DNA of 64,000 nucleotides from Jiulongibacter sp. (lineage in GTDB: Bacteria > Bacteroidota > Bacteroidia > Cytophagales > Spirosomataceae). Shown piece after piece: positions 28,809-37,067 of the stretch; position 1 is the stretch's first letter; each line of letters opens with the position of its first letter. The stretch is from the NCBI GenBank assembly GCA_965249455.1, contig OZ252236.1, positions 102,161 to 166,160 on the forward strand, in the 5' to 3' direction. The notes under the pieces were generated by a model that was not told where the DNA came from, made no database searches, and saw only the letters and a program-made list of their open reading frames with translations. A program made the position numbers and the translations under genes.

Positions 28809-30317
28809 TTAATCTTCTCTTGGTTCTTTTCGTCTTGCATCTGCCATTCGAACTATCCTCGGGTGAAAAGAAGCAATTGGTTTGACTAATTCAGTTTGTG
28901 CATCAATAACTTCATGAATATTCTTGTACACCATTGGAGCTTCATCCAGATCGCTTCCAATCAATTCAATTCCCTGATCTCTCAGGATTTTTCTGACCTC
29001 AGATTCATCAACATTTTTAAATGCAGCTGTTCTACTCATTACCCGGCCCGCACCGTGTGAAGCCGAATTGATGGAAGCCTCATTTCCTAGTCCTTTCACA
29101 AGAAAACCCGGCGTTGCCATTGATCCTGGAATTATCCCCAATTCATCTTTGGAGGCAGGTGTAGCACCTTTTCTGTGAACCAAAACATCTTTACCCATAT
29201 ACTTTTCCCGCCAAGCAAAATTATGGTGATTCTCCACCATAAGAATCGGTTTCAAATTCAGATCACTGGCCATTTTGTTATGGATTTCGTGGTGATTCGC
29301 TGAAGCATATTCGCCTGCTAAATTCATAGCTATCCAATATTCCTGCCCTTCCTCTTTATTAAGGTCTAGCCAAGCAAGATGTGAAGCCTCACCGGGCAAC
29401 TTAGTTACCTGCCGTGCAATTCTTGTGTAATAACTAGCAATGGTTCCACCAAAGCCACGTGACCCAGAATGCGATAGCAAAGTCAAATACTGACCCATAG
29501 GTAAACCAATGGCTTCATCAAACTCTTCTATCTCTAAAACTCCCCATTCTACGAAATGGTTACCAGTGCCTGAGGTCCCCAATTGTTTGTAGGCCTTATC
29601 CTTCAAATCATTAATTACTTTTGTGGCATTCCATTCAGCCTTGTCCATAATTGAGGCATCATACTTATGCCTTATCTCTCCGCCTATTCCGAACTGGGCA
29701 TTCTTGCCCAGAAGCGTTTTAAGCATATCAGACTCCTTTTGTAAAACACTTGAAGGCAAATCAAAAACAGACATGCACATTCTGCAAGCAATATCAACGC
29801 CTACGGCATAAGGGATGACCTTATCAGGCTCTGTGGCCAAAACACCTCCAATGGGCAAGCCGTATCCCTGATGAGCATCAGGCATAAGAGCACCACCTAT
29901 AGCTATAGGCAATTGCATGGCAACATTCATCTGGTTAAAAGCTCCTTCTTCAATATACTCACCTCCATAGACAGGGAAATCCAGTATTTCAGGTTTTAAT
30001 TCAAATTTACTGGAATCCAACTCCCTTTGAGTTTTAACCGGAAATTCAGAAATGGTTTGCTCCAGAAGAGCCTGCCCTGCTTTAGTAAGTTTTATGGATA
30101 TTCCATTGTCAGACTCTTTGACTAGCAAGCGAGCCAGCTTAGTCAGCTTATTTTTCCTTTTAGCAGCAGCTTTGGGGTGGTCAAAAAGCTTTACAAGTGC
30201 TTTGAGAATGTCTTCTTCTCCCCACCCTGCTTTGGTTAATAGCCCTTCTGTTACCCGGGTAACTCTAGGTATAATTTCGGCGGGGATTTCCGCAATCATT
30301 TTTATGCTGTTTTCCAT
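28809..30317 (-). CDS. rtcB: RtcB family RNA 3'-phosphate/5'-OH ligase with N-terminal extension of about 80 aa
   Basis: It carries the RtcB signature motifs MPDAHQGYGLPIGG, HSGSRGFG, ENHHNF and SASHGAGR, and a C-terminal ...KPIASFHPRIVRM. Confidence 0.85.
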   Translation of the reverse strand: MENSIKMIAEIPAEIIPRVTRVTEGLLTKAGWGEEDILKALVKLFDHPKAAAKRKNKLTKLARLLVKESDNGISIKLTKAGQALLEQTISEFPVKTQRELDSSKFELKPEILDFPVYGGEYIEEGAFNQMNVAMQLPIAIGGALMPDAHQGYGLPIGGVLATEPDKVIPYAVGVDIACRMCMSVFDLPSSVLQKESDMLKTLLGKNAQFGIGGEIRHKYDASIMDKAEWNATKVINDLKDKAYKQLGTSGTGNHFVEWGVLEIEEFDEAIGLPMGQYLTLLSHSGSRGFGGTIASYYTRIARQVTKLPGEASHLAWLDLNKEEGQEYWIAMNLAGEYASANHHEIHNKMASDLNLKPILMVENHHNFAWREKYMGKDVLVHRKGATPASKDELGIIPGSMATPGFLVKGLGNEASINSASHGAGRVMSRTAAFKNVDESEVRKILRDQGIELIGSDLDEAPMVYKNIHEVIDAQTELVKPIASFHPRIVRMADARRKEPRED

Positions 30318-30351
30318 TTTTTTCTATTTGATACTACAAAGCTGGCAATCG

Positions 30352-30374
30352 TCTACGCAATCTTTTTGCGTAGA
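30352..30374. promoter_or_regulatory. perfect palindrome TCTACGCAA-tcttt-TTGCGTAGA (candidate operator) in the rtcB/regulator divergent promoter
   Basis: It has 9-bp perfect inverted arms with a 5-bp spacer and lies between the rtcB start (30317, minus) and the WYL regulator start (30420, plus). A half-site, TTTACGCAAA, overlaps the regulator ATG (30411-30420). Confidence 0.65.
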
Positions 30375-30419
30375 TAGCAGAAAGTTCTAATTTGCTAAAA
30401 ATAAGTACAGTTTACGCAA

Positions 30420-31457
30420 ATGCCCGTTAACAGAAACGCCCTGATCCGCTACAAAGTAATTGACAGCTGCCTGCAAAGGAGACAACGAAAATGGACACTT
30501 GATGATTTAATTGATGCCGTTTCTGATGCCTTGTATGAGTTTGATGGCAACGATAAGGGTATAAGTAAGCGAACGATCCAGTCAGATATTCAAATGATGA
30601 GGAGTGATAAACTAGGTTATTATGCTCCCATTGTGGTTGAAGACAAGAAATATTATACCTATTCAGAACCAGGGTACAGCATCACGAATATTCCACTATC
30701 CGAAACTGATTTAGGAAAGATGAACGAAGCCGTAGAAATGCTGAAACAGTTCAAAGGCTTTACGCATTTTAATCAGCTGAATGAGGTGGTTCAAAAACTG
30801 GAAGATCATGTTTACTCGTCTCGTGTCAAATCGTTTCCTGTTATAGATTTTGAGAAAAATGATAATCTGAAAGGTCTAAATCATCTTGATATTCTGTATC
30901 AATCGGTTATTCATAAAAAGCCCGTTTCATTGACTTATCAATCATTCAAAGCCCGAAAGGCGAGTACTTTTGCCTTTAACGTCTGGTGGCTAAAGGAATT
31001 TAAGAACAGGTGGTTTGCCGTTGGCGTCAAAGATCAGAAGAAGTTTCTTCTAACACTGGCTTTGGATCGAATTGAGGATGTTAATATTTCAGAAGAAAGT
31101 TATGTAGAAAATGACAAGTTCAATCCTGAATTATACTACAAACATGTAATTGGGGTAACTGTGAGCAATCATCTAAGACCTCTTAAAGTTGGTTTGTTTG
31201 TTTCCAATCTGCATGCCCCGTATGTCATTACAAAGCCTTTACATAGCTCTCAAGAATTACTGGAAACACGGGAAGATGGTATGGTAATTCAATTGAAAGT
31301 ACAGCATAATTTTGAGCTGGAAAAAGAAATTCTTGGCTTTGGGGAAGGAGTGCAAGTTTTGTGGCCGCCAAGGCTTCAAAAGAAAATTAAAGAAAGATTG
31401 CAGAACGCCTATAAAAGCTATGACTCATCAGATATTCCCGACGAGTCACTAGCTTAA
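30420..31457 (+). CDS. WYL domain-containing transcriptional regulator (wHTH plus WYL plus C-terminal WCX-like domain; PafBC/DriD-like)
   Basis: It has an N-terminal HTH (GISKRTIQSDIQMMRSD). The WYL core is PVSLTYQSFKARKASTFAFNVWWLKEFKNRWFAVGVKDQKKFLLTLALDRIEDV. It is divergent from rtcB. Confidence 0.7.
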   Translation: MPVNRNALIRYKVIDSCLQRRQRKWTLDDLIDAVSDALYEFDGNDKGISKRTIQSDIQMMRSDKLGYYAPIVVEDKKYYTYSEPGYSITNIPLSETDLGKMNEAVEMLKQFKGFTHFNQLNEVVQKLEDHVYSSRVKSFPVIDFEKNDNLKGLNHLDILYQSVIHKKPVSLTYQSFKARKASTFAFNVWWLKEFKNRWFAVGVKDQKKFLLTLALDRIEDVNISEESYVENDKFNPELYYKHVIGVTVSNHLRPLKVGLFVSNLHAPYVITKPLHSSQELLETREDGMVIQLKVQHNFELEKEILGFGEGVQVLWPPRLQKKIKERLQNAYKSYDSSDIPDESLA

Positions 31458-32548
31458 TTTTTCATGAAGATTTGCTTCAATTGATCCAGAATTTGTCCGT
31501 TTCCTGAAACAGAAATTGTGTTGATTTTCTCTGCGATCTTCTCCACGTATTCCATCTCCTTCAGTTTCCAGAGCATCTGGTTTTCTTCCATCAGTTTAGC
31601 CGTATTCAGCAAGCTTCTGGTAGAAGCCGTTTCCTGTCTTTGCGTAATCATATTGGCCTGAGCTGTTTTTTCGGCAATCAAGACTTTGTTCATAATCGTT
31701 TTGATTTCGCCCGGCAAAATGATATCCCGAATACCGCAGGTTTTTAATTCCACCCCTAAAGTAAGGCCCTCTTTGGCCACATCCTGAAGTATGTAATCAG
31801 AGACTCTTTCTTTTTTGGCCACCAGTTCATCCAATGTCATTTCACCAATGTACTCTCTCAATGAAATCTGAAGCATCACATACAACTGCTTTTCAAACTC
31901 CTTGTTATTAAAGAGAGCTTTCTTGAGGTCAACAACCTGATAATGAGCAAAAAAGCTGATCCGAACATTAGCCTTGTCCTTGGTCAGAATTTCCTGGCCG
32001 GAAACCTCCAACTGCTGCTGACGAATATCCAGTTTGGCGACATCTATTTTTGTGGCGTTTTTCCACCAATAGTAGGTACCGCTCTCAAGCTCTTTCTCAA
32101 ATTTTCCGTCAATCAAAAGCAAGCCTCGCTCGTAAGATTCCAAGGTATACCTTCTTATCCATGGCAAAAGAGCGGTGTCCAGCAATTGCCTTTCAATATC
32201 CTCTGTAATCTCAATTTTGGAGGTGTCCACTTTAACAAATGTTTGCTCTTTGATGCCTTTCCATACACCGTATTCGCCTTTTAACAATACTTTTGAGAAT
32301 CGTTTGTTTTCGAATTGGAGGGCAATTTGATTGTCTCCAACCTCAATCAAGTGTAGCTCGCTGGCTACTTCTGGTTTCAGATGCAAAGTATCTTCAAGTA
32401 AGGGAGGATTATATACCTCATCTCTGTTAAAAACAAATACCTGTTCACCTTGAATGAACCAATAAATGCCTTCCTGAAGCACCTTTTGGAATTTCTTCCT
32501 TTTGAAAACCAAACCAATCTGGTTTTCCAATACCTGTACTCTTTTCAT
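31454..32548 (-). CDS. SPFH/band-7 (slipin-like) domain protein with an extra N-terminal half
   Basis: The C-terminal half has the stomatin/HflC-like motifs (VRISFFAHYQVVD..., GIRDIILPGEIKTIMNKVLIAEKTAQAN). The first 150 aa or so are unassigned. Confidence 0.65.
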   Translation of the reverse strand: MKRVQVLENQIGLVFKRKKFQKVLQEGIYWFIQGEQVFVFNRDEVYNPPLLEDTLHLKPEVASELHLIEVGDNQIALQFENKRFSKVLLKGEYGVWKGIKEQTFVKVDTSKIEITEDIERQLLDTALLPWIRRYTLESYERGLLLIDGKFEKELESGTYYWWKNATKIDVAKLDIRQQQLEVSGQEILTKDKANVRISFFAHYQVVDLKKALFNNKEFEKQLYVMLQISLREYIGEMTLDELVAKKERVSDYILQDVAKEGLTLGVELKTCGIRDIILPGEIKTIMNKVLIAEKTAQANMITQRQETASTRSLLNTAKLMEENQMLWKLKEMEYVEKIAEKINTISVSGNGQILDQLKQIFMKN

Positions 32549-32559
32549 TTGGGTACGTG

Positions 32560-32884
32560 TTTAAGTTAAAAAATAATAAAGCCGCTTAACCCGGGTTATC
32601 CGCAGAAAACTGCTGACGGGGTCCCCCTTAAGAACAGCTGGGGGTGGAACGTTCCAGTAGATCCTTGTGAACTCCATTTAGTATCAGATGTACTTTTTGG
32701 TGAAAACAAGTATCGACCAGAAGGTTTCACTCTTCGTCATTCGGTATCCGGGCGGCCCGGCCGAGCTCCTGTGATCACTAAGACCTGGGCAAGCCGGGTT
32801 AAACGGTGAGTTTTGCCATTTTTGGGCTGACAGCCCTTTACAGATTAACGGTCTGTTGCATTAACCAATATGCTTCAGGTAACT
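32560..32884 (-). other. GC-rich, hairpin-dense non-coding segment between the tRNA-like array and the SPFH gene (structured leader or unknown ncRNA)
   Basis: There is no ORF of 60 aa or more. Local GC is well above the flanks, with many strong hairpins (GGGGTCCCCC, GGAACGTTCC, CCGGGCGGCCCGGCCGAGCTCC) and two AACCCGG(C/G)TT motifs. Confidence 0.35.
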
Positions 32885-33160
32885 AAAACCTAGCGGGATT
32901 CGAACCCACATATTGCTGCTGCTCTAACCTAGCTGAGCTACTCCGTCAAAGACAGAGGAAGGAATCGAACCTTCGACCTGCAAGGTGATATAGAGATTAA
33001 AGTTCTGACGGCATATTCATCCCAATTAGTAGAATACCACGAGGCAATACGGAAACCTTCGTCAGGTTCAAAACAGTAATCAAAAATCGAGGTGAATATG
33101 AGGATCGAACTCATGTCTTTACCCTAGTGGGCATTGTCCTTTCCACTGGACCAAAACACC
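32885..33160 (-). ncRNA. tandem array of about three tRNA-like elements lacking canonical anticodon arms (Y-RNA/YrlA-like tRNA mimics or degenerate tRNAs)
   Basis: On the minus strand, elements 1 and 3 have canonical T-arms and D-arms with a U8-A9 junction, and element 2 has a canonical T-arm. The T-arms are ATGAG-TTCGATC-CTCAT, GAAGG-TTCGATT-CCTTC and GTGGG-TTCGAAT-CCCGC. The D-arms are GTCC-AGTGGAAA-GGAC and GCTC-AGCTAGGTTA-GAGC. Only 11-21 nt sit where a 17-nt anticodon arm plus variable loop should be. In element 1 this region is a 5-bp stem with a 4-nt loop. The acceptor-stem pairing is imperfect in all three. Confidence 0.5.
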
Positions 33161-33194
33161 TTTGTTGTCAATTGACTGTACAAAGGTTTTGCAG

Positions 33195-33215
33195 TAGTAC
33201 GCAGCCTTTTTGCGT
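33195..33215. promoter_or_regulatory. second copy of the TACGCA-N7-TGCGTA palindrome, upstream of the tRNA-like array on the minus strand
   Basis: GTACGCAGCCTTTTTGCGTAG matches CTACGCAATCTTTTTGCGTAG at 30353-30373 in 17 of 21 positions, with identical spacing. Confidence 0.6.
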
Positions 33216-33295
33216 AGGTGAAAAATTTCTTACTTTTTATTATTGTGGCAATTGGGTAGATTTTACTAATAATAGTACATAACTATTCTATGAAA

Positions 33296-33706
33296 TCATC
33301 GAAGAAGAGTTTTTTTGACTAAGCTAAAATTGTGCACGCGAGGTGAAATGAAGTTCATATCGGTTAACTGTTTTTTAAATTCCCGAATATCCTTTTCGCT
33401 AAGGATTATTCGTGCGTTTTCTGGATTTAAACTATCAAAAAAGACAAAGAAATTTTTAGCATAATAACCTTGATTATAATCAGGAATGGATTGGAGGATT
33501 TTATAATATTGTCCTTTATACGAAAACTTATATTCTACAAATGCACGACTGTTACGACTAGACGGAGATCCTCCTGTTACATATGCCATTTCAACTAAGC
33601 CTGTTTTTTTTAATTGCTCAAGCTCGTTTTCCTGATTATTTAAAGAATAAAGGGCAAAAAGTAAAACCAAAATATAAGGCCAAAACTGTTTTATTAATTT
33701 TCTCAT
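33296..33706 (-). CDS. hypothetical membrane-anchored protein
   Basis: It has an N-terminal TM helix and no recognised domain. The flanking DNA is AT-rich. Confidence 0.4.
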   Translation of the reverse strand: MRKLIKQFWPYILVLLFALYSLNNQENELEQLKKTGLVEMAYVTGGSPSSRNSRAFVEYKFSYKGQYYKILQSIPDYNQGYYAKNFFVFFDSLNPENARIILSEKDIREFKKQLTDMNFISPRVHNFSLVKKTLLR

Positions 33707-33790
33707 TAATGTTGTAATGGGAATTTGTTATTAAGTCTGTAATGTTATAATAAGTTAATTACTCAAATATGCTTCCATTTAAGAAAACCC

Positions 33791-35005
33791 TCACTCCAGA
33801 TAATCCAAATCCTTATGAAAGGTTTCGGGGAGTTTGTAGTTGGCATACATGGCTATGGCAAAACAACTGACACCTGTGATGAGTGCTGCCTGAATGATGG
33901 TGAATTGCTCCATAGACCCCAGAAAACCATAAAGCATACTTATAGGAATGGCCGCCCCCCGTACAAAATTGGGAATGGTGGTAGCTACTGTGGCTCTGAT
34001 ATTGGTACCAAACTGCTCTGCCCCCATGGTGATCATCACAATCCAGTATCCTGTGGAGATACCCATAATGACACAAACGGTATAAAACGTGAAGGCAGTT
34101 TGATTATGAAGATTTAGGTAAACCAAAGAAATAGCAAGACTAAAAACCTGAAAAATACCAATGGCTTTTTTCCTGCTTTTAAGCTTTTGACTAACCACTC
34201 CACACAGCACATCTCCACAGGCGAGGCCTGTATAAATAAAGGCCACCGCTTTCCCGGTGGTAATTTCTCCTTGAATATTAAGCTCAGTAGCTAGTGTAGG
34301 GGCCATTTGCATTAAAATGGTGACCACAAAAAACACTGGAATACCTACTAGTAAACTAAGAATATAAATTCTCCTACTCTTTGGGTTTGTTATCAGCTTC
34401 CAGATATTTCCTCTTTCGTGTTTCTGATCTGACTTGGCATGTAAAAACATTTCTGACTCAAAAGTGCCAATTCTCATTAATAACAAAAGAATTCCGAGGC
34501 CGCCACCTACAAAAAAGGCGTGTCGCCAATACAAAGAATCACCAATGAGACCGGCTACTACCGCCCCCAAAACACCTGTGGCGGCTAAAATTGAGGTTCC
34601 ATAACCTCGTATCCTCTGCGGCATGGTTTCGGCCACGATGGTAACACCTACACCAAGCTCACCCGCAAGACCTACACCAGCCAGAAAACGCAGGGCTGTA
34701 TACGAGTAAATATCGTTGATAAAGCCATTGATAATATTACAAACTGAGTACAAAAGAATGGACCCAAACAGTACCGAAAGACGACCCTTTTTATCTCCCA
34801 GAACGCCAAAGAATATACCGCCAAGCAGTAAACCCACCATCTGGATATCAAACAGAAACAGCCGCATATTGTCGAGATTTTGACCCGCGTAACCCATTTC
34901 TGCCAGACTGCTTTTGCCAATAACCACAAAAAGGATTAAATCAAAAGTATCAACAAAATAGCCTAATGAAGCTACCAGTAATAAGAGTAAGGTTGACTTT
35001 TTCAA
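33791..35005 (-). CDS. MFS transporter
   Basis: It is a 404-aa polytopic membrane protein. Confidence 0.7.
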   Translation of the reverse strand: MKKSTLLLLLVASLGYFVDTFDLILFVVIGKSSLAEMGYAGQNLDNMRLFLFDIQMVGLLLGGIFFGVLGDKKGRLSVLFGSILLYSVCNIINGFINDIYSYTALRFLAGVGLAGELGVGVTIVAETMPQRIRGYGTSILAATGVLGAVVAGLIGDSLYWRHAFFVGGGLGILLLLMRIGTFESEMFLHAKSDQKHERGNIWKLITNPKSRRIYILSLLVGIPVFFVVTILMQMAPTLATELNIQGEITTGKAVAFIYTGLACGDVLCGVVSQKLKSRKKAIGIFQVFSLAISLVYLNLHNQTAFTFYTVCVIMGISTGYWIVMITMGAEQFGTNIRATVATTIPNFVRGAAIPISMLYGFLGSMEQFTIIQAALITGVSCFAIAMYANYKLPETFHKDLDYLE

Positions 35006-35084
35006 GGAATAGGGGTTTTGGCTGGCAAATTACTGAAATTGAACCAATGACCTATAAAAAACATTATGCTCTCAAAGAAAAGGT

Positions 35085-35738
35085 ATGATACCCAAAGAGG
35101 TTCCTGAAGAATTAAAACCCCTCATCAAAAGTATTCCTGAAGAGATAGCCAATATGATCTCTCATGGGCTTGGTGTTTTGTTTTTTCTGATAGGTATACC
35201 GCTTCTGTTACTAAGAGTACAGACAGATGGATGGCTTACTTTAGGCAGCGTAATTTTCAGTATTTCGCTTCTAATGGTTTACTTTTCTTCCACTATTTAC
35301 CACAGCGTATACAAACTCTATTTAAAAAGAAGACTTAGAGTTTTTGATCACATCAGTATATACTTCTTGATTGCTGGCAGTTTTACGCCATTTGTACTTA
35401 AACATGTACAAACTACTTTAGGTTGGAGCATTTTGGGCCTAATCTGGCTCATGGTATTAATAGGAGGCATTTTCAAATATTTTTTCACTCATAAGTTTAA
35501 TGTTGTTTCTACGCTGGCTTATGTAGGTATGGGAGGCATGGCCATTTTTATCATTACTCCGCTTTCTGAAAATCTTACAGACAGTAGTCTGCATTGGCTG
35601 GCTTTAGGAGGTATCTCCTATTTAGCAGGAGTTCCTTTCTACCTCTGGAAACGACTGTATATGAATCATTTCATCTGGCATGTTTTTGTTTTGATAGGTA
35701 GTGTATCTCATTTTATGGCGGTTTGGCATTTAGTATAA
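35085..35738 (+). CDS. hemolysin III family channel protein (PAQR/YqfA-like)
   Basis: It has 7 TM segments with conserved YHSVYK and HxxxH (FIWHVFVLIGSVSHF) motifs. Confidence 0.7.
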   Translation: MIPKEVPEELKPLIKSIPEEIANMISHGLGVLFFLIGIPLLLLRVQTDGWLTLGSVIFSISLLMVYFSSTIYHSVYKLYLKRRLRVFDHISIYFLIAGSFTPFVLKHVQTTLGWSILGLIWLMVLIGGIFKYFFTHKFNVVSTLAYVGMGGMAIFIITPLSENLTDSSLHWLALGGISYLAGVPFYLWKRLYMNHFIWHVFVLIGSVSHFMAVWHLV

Positions 35739-35850
35739 ATACCACCAAAAACTCAGGTTTCAGCCACCTTCCCTCTCCTTTTAGCCACTTGTCTTAATGC
35801 TTGTAGACAGATGCATAAGATTTATCTAACTTTGATAAAACCCTAATCTT

Positions 35851-37044
35851 ATGAATAAAATAATTTCCCTTGTCATCCTGAGTATTCTTACTCTGCAAAT
35901 TCAAGCCCAGGAAGTGGGCATTATTATGGGTACCGCCCGCGACTACATGCGTGAAGGAACCGTAGAAGAAGCCCTGATAAAACTAAAAAGTATGGGCATT
36001 AAATACCTGGAAGGTGCCGGTGCCAGAGGTATGAGTAATGAAGAATACAAGGCTTTGCTTGATAAACATGGTATGAGGGTAATTGCCGGAGGTACTTCAT
36101 TTGAGAAACTGCAAAGCAGAGAGGGCGTTCAGGAATATATTGATCAGTTAAAGTTCTTTGGTGCCGAATATGCCACATGCTATTGGATTCCTCACAAGGG
36201 AGATGACTTCACATTTGCAGATATGCAAAAAGGAATTGACGTTTTTAATACTGCCGGAAAGCAATTTGCAGAAGCAGGCATCTCTTTCCTCTATCATGCA
36301 CATGGTTATGAGTTCAGACCTTATGATGGGCCGGGCACCCTATTTGACTATATGATGGAAAAGCTTGACCCACGTTATGTAAATCTGGAACTGGACGTTT
36401 TCTGGATGAGAAACCCGGGACAAGACCCAGCGGCATTAATGCGTAAATATCCGGGGCGAGTTCCTGTCACTCATTTAAAAGACAGGATGAAAGGCTCAGT
36501 GGATAACCTGAATGGCAGGCAGGATAAAGAGAGAAACGTAGTGCTGGGCACAGGAGATGTGAGCATAGCAGAAGTAATGAAAGCAGCGAAAGAAACCGGA
36601 GTAAAATATCACTTTATTGAAGATGAATCCTCTAGAGCCGGGGTACAGCTGCCCTTGCATTTGGCCTATCTAAGATCCTTAGAATCAAATATAAAAGCGG
36701 TGCAGTTTTCAGTAGACAGGCTACATAAAGCCATGGTAGATGCTGATTCGCTTACGCTAAGTACCATCACTGCAGAAGAACTTACCTATGGGCACTCAAG
36801 TGGCACAATTGAGAACAAAACTGTCTTCATGGAAAGTCTGCTGAGCGGTAAGTCTGATTTCGCTAAAATAGATTTTCCTAATTCTGACATTACAGTCAAA
36901 GGGGATGTAGCCTGGGTAAGAAATGTAATGAATGCTGATGTATTGGATGGTGGCAAAGCCAATAAGATTTCCTTAAAAATTCTTTACGTTTGGGTCAAAG
37001 AAGACGGCAACTGGAAACTACTGGCACGGCAGGCAGTTAAGTAG
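35851..37044 (+). CDS. secreted xylose-isomerase-like TIM-barrel protein fused to a C-terminal NTF2-like (DUF4440/SnoaL-like) domain
   Basis: It has a signal peptide and a TIM barrel (YHAHGYEF..., LELDVFW). The C-terminal domain ends ...VWVKEDGNWKLLARQ. Confidence 0.55.
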   Translation: MNKIISLVILSILTLQIQAQEVGIIMGTARDYMREGTVEEALIKLKSMGIKYLEGAGARGMSNEEYKALLDKHGMRVIAGGTSFEKLQSREGVQEYIDQLKFFGAEYATCYWIPHKGDDFTFADMQKGIDVFNTAGKQFAEAGISFLYHAHGYEFRPYDGPGTLFDYMMEKLDPRYVNLELDVFWMRNPGQDPAALMRKYPGRVPVTHLKDRMKGSVDNLNGRQDKERNVVLGTGDVSIAEVMKAAKETGVKYHFIEDESSRAGVQLPLHLAYLRSLESNIKAVQFSVDRLHKAMVDADSLTLSTITAEELTYGHSSGTIENKTVFMESLLSGKSDFAKIDFPNSDITVKGDVAWVRNVMNADVLDGGKANKISLKILYVWVKEDGNWKLLARQAVK

Positions 37045-37067
37045 TTCACTCTTGCATGGGCGTTCGA

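Noticed and set aside
32560-32884. I considered RNase P RNA, tmRNA or SRP RNA for the GC-rich region.
   Set aside because: There are weak AACCCGG(C/G)TT resemblances to the RNase P P4 region. However, there is no GGAAAGTCCGG motif, no tmRNA tag ORF ending ...ALAA, and no SRP domain IV consensus on either strand.
32881-33165. I considered calling these three canonical tRNA genes on the minus strand.
   Set aside because: Hand folding shows the anticodon stem-loops are missing or shrunken (11-21 nt where at least 21 are needed) and the acceptor stems do not pair cleanly. I therefore report them as tRNA-like/Y-RNA-like elements rather than as tRNA features.
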